Source: a virus (taxonomy: Duplodnaviria > Caudoviricetes). Taken from it: a stretch of DNA of 31,216 bases. Under the pieces are notes generated by a model. It had not been told where the DNA came from, did not search any database, and was given only the letters and a program-made list of their open reading frames with translations. The first letter of the stretch is position 1. Each line of letters begins with the position of its first letter. Positions 1-7,279 of this stretch are shown one piece after another. Position numbers and translations under genes: made by a program. The stretch covers positions 1 to 31,216 of the IMG/VR virus record IMGVR_UViG_3300033562_000074, one strand, 5' to 3'.

Positions 1-179
1 ACGAAGGGGACGGCGAGCCTATCGCTGGCCTCGCTGGGATTGTATCAATGCCAAATGAGTTTCGCTGCATCGCCGCGCTGCTTAATACCGCGCCGGATCT
101 GATCCGATTGGCTCGCCGTGGCTTGGATTCTCAGAACAGTGTATTATCCCCACCCGCAGATTCAATAACCACACCATGA
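1..179 (+). CDS. 3' end of a small early phage protein (partial; possibly Ead/Ea22-like)
   Basis: Frame from nt 3 is open (EGDGEPIAG...CIAALLNTAPDLIRLARRG...TTP*). Its TGA overlaps the next ATG (ATGA at 176-179). Not in the ORF track. Confidence 0.5.
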   Translation, partial: EGDGEPIAGLAGIVSMPNEFRCIAALLNTAPDLIRLARRGLDSQNSVLSPPADSITTP

Positions 180-382
180 AACCACTACTCAAAACACTCG
201 CGTTCTTTCTGCTTATCCTAGCCTGTGCGCCATGCCTCCTGCTCTTGGGGGTGTGCATGCCCATCGGTGTCTATAAATACTTCGCACACGGTGCAGAAGG
301 GGCGCATGCATGGTTGGAAAGTATGTTTGATCCACCGATAGCGCGAGTGTGTGCAATTTTCAACTTTATCAAAGAATTATGA
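176..382 (+). CDS. small hypothetical membrane protein
   Basis: 68 aa with a long hydrophobic N-terminal stretch; ATGA coupling with both neighbours. Confidence 0.6.
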   Translation: MKPLLKTLAFFLLILACAPCLLLLGVCMPIGVYKYFAHGAEGAHAWLESMFDPPIARVCAIFNFIKEL

Positions 383-744
383 AAACACATTATAGAAATG
401 TAAGAAGGCTGAAGGGTGGTGAGTTGTCTATGACAGTTCCCTGTGGCACATCGCATGCACACCTCACACGAGACACCACAAAAGATGCAAGCAAGGTGAC
501 ATGTGGCAGGTGTATCAAATGGCTACGTCAGAGAGATAACACACAATGGTCAGAAGCCACACCAAACCTACAGGGACACTATTGGAGGAAGAACCCGATG
601 GGCAACACCAAGGTTGTATTTATCACGGATAAACTTGATGTGATGACCGTTTATGGTGGTTTCCAACACGTTTCGGAGTATCCACAGGGCGGATTTTGGG
701 CGGGGCCAATTTCTCCACCACCACCACCAACTCCCCAAAAATAA
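379..744 (+). CDS. hypothetical protein: H-C-CxxC putative zinc finger plus a W..E.P...G.YW...WAGPI domain
   Basis: Likely start MKTHY at 379 (overlaps the previous stop); motifs THY, PCG, VTCGRC, WSEATPNLQGHYW, FWAGPISPP. Confidence 0.65.
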   Translation: MKTHYRNVRRLKGGELSMTVPCGTSHAHLTRDTTKDASKVTCGRCIKWLRQRDNTQWSEATPNLQGHYWRKNPMGNTKVVFITDKLDVMTVYGGFQHVSEYPQGGFWAGPISPPPPPTPQK

Positions 745-757
745 ATCTTGATCTTCG

Positions 758-775
758 CTAAACTACACAGTTTAG
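758..775. promoter_or_regulatory. palindromic operator-like site in a probable promoter region
   Basis: CTAAACT-ACAC-AGTTTAG perfect inverted repeat, just after an A-rich tract and TTGATC (748-753). Confidence 0.45.
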
Positions 776-799
776 TTCTCACGTAACACAAACACCAAT

Positions 800-1165
800 A
801 TGGACATTACCATTAACATCCCGTCACTGGACCGTCTTGCTACGGCTCTTGAAACCTATGTTGCCACCATCTCAGGCGGCAGCACATCATCCGCCACCCC
901 TGCGCCTGAAAAGCCCAAGGCTGGTGAGAAGCCCGCTAAGCCTAAAGCTGAATCCAAACCCAAGGCACCTGTCATCACTGAAGATGACGTTGTGACAGTC
1001 GCCAAGAAACTTGTTGCAGCTTCCGGCCCTGCCGCTCTCCGCTCCGCACTCGATAGTGCCGGGCTGAAGGGTCGCAAGATCAGCGAAGCGAGCAAGGACG
1101 AATACCCTGCCATCTTGGAAGCAGTCAACACCGCTCTTGCGGACGCTGAAGAGTCTGGTCTGTAA
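800..1165 (+). CDS. conserved phage protein typically upstream of DUF2800
   Basis: N-terminal helix, K/P/A linker and C-terminal EDDV...KISEASKDEYPAIL domain; position matches the DUF2800-DUF2815-PolA module. Confidence 0.75.
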   Translation: MDITINIPSLDRLATALETYVATISGGSTSSATPAPEKPKAGEKPAKPKAESKPKAPVITEDDVVTVAKKLVAASGPAALRSALDSAGLKGRKISEASKDEYPAILEAVNTALADAEESGL

Positions 1166-1189
1166 CATCAAACCCACACTAAACACTAG

Positions 1190-1221
1190 CCCCATGAACC
1201 CTAACAGGTCATGGGGTTTTT
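1190..1221 (+). terminator. intrinsic terminator-like hairpin, copy 1
   Basis: CCCCATGA...TCATGGGG stem followed by TTTTT. Confidence 0.75.
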
Positions 1222-1273
1222 GGGTGCCAGCATGTCACTTGTTAAACGCAACCCCACCCACATACTTCAGATC

Positions 1274-2521
1274 ATGGACGCACAAACCACCACACCCGCA
1301 GACCCCAACCACCCGCACTACCCATGGGGCGCATCCTCTGCCAAGACATGGCGGGGTTGTCCGGGTAGCATTCACTACATTGCACGGCTTAAAGGCGCTG
1401 AGAAAATCCCCTTTGATGAAACCTCAGACTATGCAGAGGAAGGCACGGCAGCACATGCCCTTGCTGACAGTTGCATCAAGGGAGAAATCACACCCGCAGA
1501 TTTTCCGATTGATGACCGGGAACACCTCACAGAGTATGTTGAGCTTGCCCGAGAAATCGCAGAGTCAAACGGTGGGGATGTTTACCATGAACAACAGATC
1601 CCGCTTTACTATAACCCTCAGAAGACGGGCACACTTGACTATGCAGTGGTGTCCCCCGAGTTGGTTGAAATCCTTGATCTCAAATATGGTGAGGGTGTGT
1701 GGCGTGATGCTCAGGAGGATGATCAGTTAGCCATCTATGCGCTTTCGCTCATGGCCTACCTTGACCCGGACAAGGAAATCTTCAATGACAACACCCGAGT
1801 TATCATGCGGATTTACCAGCCCCGCCACCGTGACTTTGATGGTGTGCCCACTGTGTGGGAAACCACATATCGGGAACTTCAGGACGTTGGCATTGACATT
1901 GAACAGGACTACAAGCGTTCACGTAACGCCAAGCCCACACAACTCAAGCCATCCAAGGATGCGTGCCAGTTCTGCGCTGCCCGCAAAATCTGCACGGTCA
2001 AGGTCCTTGACATGTTTGATGGCATCCCGGATGAGGTCAACCCGATTGCCACAGATGTTGATGAGGGTGCAATTGCAGCACTTGAGATTACCCCTGAAAT
2101 CCGCAGGCGGGTGTTTGAGAAACACAAGCTCATCACCAAGTGGCTTGTGGACCTCGTGGATGACTCAGTGACCATGATTGAGCAAGGCAACTTCATTGAA
2201 GGTCTCAAGACCATTGATGGCAAGCCGGGCAACCGCAAATGGTCCAGTGAGGAAGAGGCAGATAAACTCCTGCGCAAGCTCCCTGCGGAAATCCGCTACG
2301 TTCCCAAGCGCCTTGTCTCAGTGGCTCAGGCTGAGAAGGTCCTCAAGAAACACGACACCGCACTTGAGAAGCAATCAACCCGGTTCCAGAACCGTTTCAA
2401 AGAACTCGTGTTCCGGTCTCCGGGCGCACCTAAGTTGGCCCTTGCTGAAGATCCAGCACCAGCCCGCATCGCACCGCTTCACCAGTTTGGGGAAGAGGTC
2501 ACCGAGGATGATTGCTTCTAA
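1274..2521 (+). CDS. DUF2800 Cas4-like PD-(D/E)xK exonuclease
   Basis: ASSAKTWRGCPGS, AEEGTAAH, GTLD, DLKYGEG, QLAIYA and CQFC...C motifs. Start placed at MDAQ (1274) because the 1211 ATG lies inside the terminator stem. Confidence 0.9.
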   Translation: MDAQTTTPADPNHPHYPWGASSAKTWRGCPGSIHYIARLKGAEKIPFDETSDYAEEGTAAHALADSCIKGEITPADFPIDDREHLTEYVELAREIAESNGGDVYHEQQIPLYYNPQKTGTLDYAVVSPELVEILDLKYGEGVWRDAQEDDQLAIYALSLMAYLDPDKEIFNDNTRVIMRIYQPRHRDFDGVPTVWETTYRELQDVGIDIEQDYKRSRNAKPTQLKPSKDACQFCAARKICTVKVLDMFDGIPDEVNPIATDVDEGAIAALEITPEIRRRVFEKHKLITKWLVDLVDDSVTMIEQGNFIEGLKTIDGKPGNRKWSSEEEADKLLRKLPAEIRYVPKRLVSVAQAEKVLKKHDTALEKQSTRFQNRFKELVFRSPGAPKLALAEDPAPARIAPLHQFGEEVTEDDCF

Positions 2522-2536
2522 CTAATTTCAACCTGA

Positions 2537-2601
2537 TGGGGTGGGCATATCCCAGAAAGTGCCACTGACAAACCGTTAAAAACACAAACCGAAACAAACC
2601 G
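2537..2601 (+). promoter_or_regulatory. putative translational operator: H-type pseudoknot plus 3x ACAAACCG
   Basis: S1 2537-2542/2549-2554, S2 2544-2548/2559-2563; repeats at 2568, 2584 and 2594, the last ending at the ATG. Confidence 0.55.
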
Positions 2602-3237
2602 ATGCAAGTCCAAATTAAAAACTGCCGCATGTCCTTCTCTGATATTCGTAAAGCATATCAGCCCAAGACTGGTGACCCAAAGTTCACCTTCAGCGGCATC
2701 TGTTCCGATGATACTCAAATCATCGTGACGAATGCCAAGGGTGAGAAGAAGACGCTGCCACACACAGCGATGGAGCAAATCATTGAACAAATCTGTAAGG
2801 ATGCGTTTGGTGGTAAGATGCCACCGAAGTTGCAGCGTTTCGCATACTGCCGTGCAGACCAAGAGGTGGGTTCCCGTGGTGCCCGCATTGACAAAGATGG
2901 TGACTTCTATGAAGGGTATGAAGCAGACACGATGTATTTCTCAGCCGGGACAAAGGTTGAGGATGCACCGGATGGCATTCTTATCATTGACCAGAAGCGC
3001 AACCCACTCCCTGCGAGCAAGGGCCACCCCGTCAATGGTGACTACGTGAATGCAATCATTGATGTTTTTGCCTTTGAGTTTGAAGGCAAGAAAGGTGTGA
3101 GTGCATCCCTTGAAGGCATCCAGTTCGTCCGCAAGGGTGAACCCTTCGGCAACTCCAAATTGGAGGCTACGGCATTCGATGAAGAGGAGTTGGAGGATGA
3201 CGATGATGACAATGGCGAAGTTGGTGACCTGTTCTAA
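2602..3237 (+). CDS. DUF2815 / T7 gp2.5-like single-stranded DNA-binding protein
   Basis: CRMSF, GDYVNAIID, KKGVSASLEGIQFVRKGEPFG and an acidic tail ending GDLF; lies between DUF2800 and the polymerase. Confidence 0.9.
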   Translation: MQVQIKNCRMSFSDIRKAYQPKTGDPKFTFSGICSDDTQIIVTNAKGEKKTLPHTAMEQIIEQICKDAFGGKMPPKLQRFAYCRADQEVGSRGARIDKDGDFYEGYEADTMYFSAGTKVEDAPDGILIIDQKRNPLPASKGHPVNGDYVNAIIDVFAFEFEGKKGVSASLEGIQFVRKGEPFGNSKLEATAFDEEELEDDDDDNGEVGDLF

Positions 3238-3261
3238 GTCACCCGCCACTAGATCCCCTAA

Positions 3262-3293
3262 CCCCGTGAACCCTAGCAGGTCACGGGGTTTTT
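3262..3293 (+). terminator. intrinsic terminator-like hairpin, copy 2
   Basis: CCCCGTGA...TCACGGGG followed by TTTTT; near-identical to the hairpin at 1190. Confidence 0.75.
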
Positions 3294-3300
3294 GGGTGCA

Positions 3301-3549
3301 ATGATTAAGCCTGTTTTCACGGAAGAGATGCAACAAGTATTGAAGGCACCACCGGGTCTTGTTGATTGTGGGACGCTGCCAATCGTAAAGTCTGAGGTTG
3401 GTATGCACTCGTGCTGGGAAATGTCACAGGATGACTGGTTGGACATTCGCAACAATGGCTTCAAGTTCTATCTCACCATCATGGGGACCGCACACCCACC
3501 CGTTCAGATCACAGTTGATAAACCCTACATCGTGAATCAAGGGGCATGA
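3301..3549 (+). CDS. conserved small phage hypothetical protein
   Basis: L.APPG..DCGTLP...SCWE...HPPV pattern common in phages; ATGA overlap with the polymerase start. Confidence 0.7.
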   Translation: MIKPVFTEEMQQVLKAPPGLVDCGTLPIVKSEVGMHSCWEMSQDDWLDIRNNGFKFYLTIMGTAHPPVQITVDKPYIVNQGA

Positions 3550-5831
3550 CCGAGGACTACTATTCCATTGACTATGAAACATACTCACCTGTGGACATCA
3601 GGAAGACGAATGTTTTTGTCTATGTTGAACACCCCGAGGCTGAACTCCTCATCATGGCCATTTCCAAGAATGGCAAAAAGCCTGTGGTCTGGGACTGTCT
3701 AAATGGCGGTGATGAAGCGGTGTCCCTCCTAACTGAAGCAGTTGCCACACGCTCACCAATATGGGCACACAATGCACAGTTTGAATACGCAGCGTCTCAG
3801 AGGTTCATCCCCGGCACGTTCAACCTTCTCCCGCCACACATTGAACAGTGGCATTGCTCAGCGGCTCTGTGCAGGCTGGCAGCAATCCCAAGCTCACTTG
3901 CTGACTCCGGTTCATTCCTCAACATCAGCATGCAGAAGCAGGCGGATGGCATTCGCTTGATCAACAAGTTCTGTGTGCCCCGCAAGCCCACTAAGGGTGA
4001 CTCTCGCACGAGGATCTTGCCACAGGATGACCCAGAGGATTTCCAGAAGTTCATTGAATACTGTGTGCGGGACGTTGAAGCAGAGTTGCAGGTGCATGAC
4101 CGCTTGAAATCCATCACGCTTGACAACTCATTTGTGCAACGTGGGTTCACCTCAGACCTACGCATGAACGCAAGGGGCATTCCCGTGAATCGCAAGGCCC
4201 TTGAGAGTGCAGATGCGCTAATTAAGGCATACGATGAAGAGTTGATACCAATGTTCCGCAGAGCAACAAGTTCCCCCGGTGACTATGTTGATTTGCCAAT
4301 CACCGGGCAGCGCAAAAAGCCAAAGACAATGTGGTTGGATGAAGGGTTCAACCCCACCCAGATTGAGACCATGAAGGTGTGGCTCAAGCAACGTGGCTTC
4401 ACTGGCACAGACCTGACAGATGAGACGGTCACAGTATGGGCCATGCCCCCACTGCGGGACCAACTCACACCACAGGCGCAAGCAGCACTTCACATTTACT
4501 CACTGCTTGGCTCCGCATCCATCAAGAAAATCTCATCCATGCTCAGCCTCGCATCTGCGGATGGCTATGTGCGCGGGGGGTTGCTTGTCTATGGTGCTGA
4601 GCGCACACACCGATGGACTGGGCGGGGCATCCAACCGCAGAACTTTGCCCGCCCGTCAATTAGCTTCACAGTCCTTGCCTATCTCTACATCTGCATGGGT
4701 GCATCCAGAGAGGTCCTAGAGGACATGTTTGGTGACCTCTATGATGTGCTGTCAAGTTGCATCAGGCACTTCATTCAGCCACATGATGGGCGGATGGTGT
4801 TGCAGGCGGACTACTCAGCAATTGAAGCACGGATTGCACCGTGGTTGTGTGATGAGGAAGAGACCCTTGCCATGTTCAGGCGGGGTGATCCTATCTATGA
4901 GGTCATGTCATCCCGCATCTTCGGATGCACACTTGCCGATGTGACGAAAGATCAACGGTTCTTGGGTAAGCAGGCTGTGCTTGGATGCACTTACAACATG
5001 GGGCCACCGAAGTTCCGGGCAACGTGTGAGAGCTACGGGTTTAGACCATCCGCTGAGATGGTGGAAGAGTATAAGCCAAAGCACCACGAGTTTGTGAATC
5101 GACAACTCCACAAGATTCAGAAAAAGATTGAGATGGAGTTTCAGAAAAAGGGCAAGCCTGTCCCTCAGAAGTATCTAACAAAAGAAGGACTTCACAAGGT
5201 AGCTCTGAAGCTCAAGGGTTGGAAGACGCTTTACCCTGAGACCTTTGAGGAGTGGTATGAGTTCACCTATGATGAACTTGCAGAACGTGCCGTGTCCACA
5301 TGGCGCAAGAACAACCCCAAGGTGGTTGCCATGTGGCGAGCGTTAGACGATGCAGCAAAGACGATCATCCAGAACCCAGAGGAGTCAAGGACATGTGGGA
5401 AACTTCACCTTTACCACAGTGACAAGCACGGTTTCCCTGCGCTCTTTGTTCGCCTGCCGTCCGGTCATGAGCTTGTTTACCCTCGTCCGTCCGTCATCAC
5501 TGATGAGACAAAAGGGTGGGGCACTAAGATCAAGTTTTGGGGCAAGCTCCCTAACTCATCCGGGCAGTGGGGTTGGTGCTACACCTACGGGGGCAAGTTG
5601 CTGGAGAATGCAACTCAGGCAACTGCCGGGGATGTGATCCGTGAAGGTGTGTTTGCTGCGGAGGCTGAAGGGTATGACCCTTTCATGTTGGTCCATGATG
5701 AGATGCTTGCCACACAGAAGCCGGGGCAGACCCATGAGCGCCTGTGTGAACTCCTGTGTGACATGCCAGAGTGGGCAGATGGGTTGCCGCTGGCAGCGGA
5801 AGGAAGCACAATCCCATTCTATAAAAAGTAA
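3546..5831 (+). CDS. family A DNA polymerase with 3'-5' exonuclease (APSE/SPO2-like)
   Basis: ExoI DYET, ExoII HNAQFE, ExoIII YCVRDV; motif A ADYSAIEAR, motif B RFLGKQAVLGCTY, ENATQA, motif C VHDE. Confidence 0.95.
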   Translation: MTEDYYSIDYETYSPVDIRKTNVFVYVEHPEAELLIMAISKNGKKPVVWDCLNGGDEAVSLLTEAVATRSPIWAHNAQFEYAASQRFIPGTFNLLPPHIEQWHCSAALCRLAAIPSSLADSGSFLNISMQKQADGIRLINKFCVPRKPTKGDSRTRILPQDDPEDFQKFIEYCVRDVEAELQVHDRLKSITLDNSFVQRGFTSDLRMNARGIPVNRKALESADALIKAYDEELIPMFRRATSSPGDYVDLPITGQRKKPKTMWLDEGFNPTQIETMKVWLKQRGFTGTDLTDETVTVWAMPPLRDQLTPQAQAALHIYSLLGSASIKKISSMLSLASADGYVRGGLLVYGAERTHRWTGRGIQPQNFARPSISFTVLAYLYICMGASREVLEDMFGDLYDVLSSCIRHFIQPHDGRMVLQADYSAIEARIAPWLCDEEETLAMFRRGDPIYEVMSSRIFGCTLADVTKDQRFLGKQAVLGCTYNMGPPKFRATCESYGFRPSAEMVEEYKPKHHEFVNRQLHKIQKKIEMEFQKKGKPVPQKYLTKEGLHKVALKLKGWKTLYPETFEEWYEFTYDELAERAVSTWRKNNPKVVAMWRALDDAAKTIIQNPEESRTCGKLHLYHSDKHGFPALFVRLPSGHELVYPRPSVITDETKGWGTKIKFWGKLPNSSGQWGWCYTYGGKLLENATQATAGDVIREGVFAAEAEGYDPFMLVHDEMLATQKPGQTHERLCELLCDMPEWADGLPLAAEGSTIPFYKK

Positions 5832-5866
5832 TCGACACAGAGAATTAAACTAAACAGTATTAAGTC

Positions 5867-6181
5867 ATGCAGAAGCAGAAAATAAGGATCTTCCCGGATG
5901 TAACCACAGTCAGTCGAGGTGCCACGATGCGCCTTGAGAGTGCAGGGTTCATCAACAAGGATGGCACAGTGGTTTCCTACTGTCGGATGAACCCTGCTAT
6001 CCGGGACCGCTACATGACGGAGGTTGAGGCAAAGCAACTCATCGTCATTGAACTGGGCCGGGCGGATGGCATTGCCCCTCGTGAGGATTTGATTGCACGG
6101 TTGATCAACTACCTCACCACAATTGACAAAGAGAAGACCAAGGAAAAAATCAATACCTTCCTCAATAACCATGGGCGCTGA
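5867..6181 (+). CDS. hypothetical protein
   Basis: 104 aa ORF filling the gap between the polymerase and VRR-NUC. Confidence 0.65.
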   Translation: MQKQKIRIFPDVTTVSRGATMRLESAGFINKDGTVVSYCRMNPAIRDRYMTEVEAKQLIVIELGRADGIAPREDLIARLINYLTTIDKEKTKEKINTFLNNHGR

Positions 6182-6524
6182 ATCCACCATCGAAAAATCA
6201 ATGTGCCAACACGCCAAGGACAAGCGTGTGTGGACTCGCAAATTCGTCTCTCCGAACAACACCAGTGTGCCGGACAGGATCTTTATTGCCAAGGGCGCGG
6301 TGGTGTTCGTTGAGGTTAAGGCACCGAAGCAAGAGCCAACTGAGAAGCAGTTTGATGAGCTTGAGAAAATCCGCAAGGCGGGTGGTGTGGCAGTGTGGGT
6401 GGCCAGGCTCAAGGATGGGCGGGCACTCATAGACCTCATGGCAAGTGATGATGTGGGTTCAATCTCACTGATGACCCAACCAAACGGCAGGTTCACACTC
6501 GACATTGAGAATGACCTTTTCTAA
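6171..6524 (+). CDS. VRR-NUC domain nuclease (putative Holliday junction resolvase)
   Basis: ESTIE, KFVSP, VPDRIFI, FVEVKAP, PTEKQ motifs; start placed at MGAEST (6171). Confidence 0.9.
   Translation: MGAESTIEKSMCQHAKDKRVWTRKFVSPNNTSVPDRIFIAKGAVVFVEVKAPKQEPTEKQFDELEKIRKAGGVAVWVARLKDGRALIDLMASDDVGSISLMTQPNGRFTLDIENDLF
6504..6522 (+). repeat. 19-bp direct repeat, left copy
   Basis: ATTGAGAATGACCTTTTCT, identical to 7259-7277. Confidence 0.95.
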
Positions 6525-6526
6525 TC

Positions 6527-7279
6527 ATGGGATACCGAGTTAAACACCTTGATTTATTTAGTGGGATTGGTGGCTTTGCACTCGCCGCGCAAATGGTTGG
6601 AGGTATTGAGACAGTTGCTTTTTGTGAGAAGGAACCATTTGCGCAAGCAGTCCTAAAAAAGCATTGGCCGGACACGCCCATATGTGAAGATATATATACA
6701 TTAAAAGGAAACAGTTATGGACCAATTGACCTACTCACTGGGGGCTTCCCCTGCCAGCCATACAGCCCCGCTGGAAAACAACTTGGAAAGGATGATGACC
6801 GAGACCTCTGGCCGGAAATGCGTAGAATCATACAAGAGGCAAAGCCCCGTTGGGTGCTTGGTGAGAACTCTTCTAATGTCACCAATATGGTGTTCGATGA
6901 AATCAAGACTGACTTGGAAGCACTCGGTTACGAGGTCGGGGAACCACTCATCATTCCGGCTTGTAGTGTCAATGCGGACCACAAACGGGACCGAGTTTGG
7001 ATTTGTGCCCACTCCAACGCGAGTGGACTACAAAGGTGCGGTAAAGAAGAGATTCCGTGGTTCGCCACATTACCGGAGCAACCTGCCGGAATTTTTGAGA
7101 GTGACAGAAGCAGACAATGCATATCCAAACCCGAAATGTTACGAAGCCTTCATGGGTTACCCAGAGGGGTGGACAGAATTGCAGCACTCGGAAACGCAAT
7201 AGTTCCACAAGTCGCTGCGGAGATAATTAGGGCCATGATGCACGTTGATAAACTTCTAATTGAGAATGACCTTTTCTGA
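6527..7279 (+). CDS. C5 DNA cytosine methyltransferase (alpha-like subunit lacking motif IX)
   Basis: Motif I DLFSGIGG, IV GFPCQ, VI GENS, VIII HKRDRVW, X LGNAIVP. Confidence 0.92.
   Translation: MGYRVKHLDLFSGIGGFALAAQMVGGIETVAFCEKEPFAQAVLKKHWPDTPICEDIYTLKGNSYGPIDLLTGGFPCQPYSPAGKQLGKDDDRDLWPEMRRIIQEAKPRWVLGENSSNVTNMVFDEIKTDLEALGYEVGEPLIIPACSVNADHKRDRVWICAHSNASGLQRCGKEEIPWFATLPEQPAGIFESDRSRQCISKPEMLRSLHGLPRGVDRIAALGNAIVPQVAAEIIRAMMHVDKLLIENDLF
6717..7202 (+). CDS. nested +1-frame putative beta subunit of the methyltransferase (start uncertain)
   Basis: Open for 161 codons; contains PTPTRVDYKG and the motif IX-like NPKCYEAFMGYPEGWT. Confidence 0.7.
   Translation: MDQLTYSLGASPASHTAPLENNLERMMTETSGRKCVESYKRQSPVGCLVRTLLMSPIWCSMKSRLTWKHSVTRSGNHSSFRLVVSMRTTNGTEFGFVPTPTRVDYKGAVKKRFRGSPHYRSNLPEFLRVTEADNAYPNPKCYEAFMGYPEGWTELQHSETQ
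7259..7277 (+). repeat. 19-bp direct repeat, right copy
   Basis: ATTGAGAATGACCTTTTCT, identical to 6504-6522. Confidence 0.95.

Noticed and set aside
1274-2521. Cas4-like gene as evidence of CRISPR-Cas
   Set aside because: It is the standard DUF2800 exonuclease of this replication module; no array or other cas genes are present.
1137-2525. Same-strand alternative-frame ORFs inside DUF2800 (1137-1730, 1737-2171, 2178-2525)
   Set aside because: Unlike the nested methyltransferase ORF, they carry no recognisable motif and the main gene is complete.
5040-5280. Intein in the polymerase insertion
   Set aside because: No C/S...HN-C/S/T splice junctions or homing endonuclease motifs, and the insert is too short.
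6171-7279. VRR-NUC plus methyltransferase as a restriction-modification pair
   Set aside because: VRR-NUC is a core neighbour of the SNF2 helicase in these phages, and the repeats indicate the methyltransferase arrived separately.
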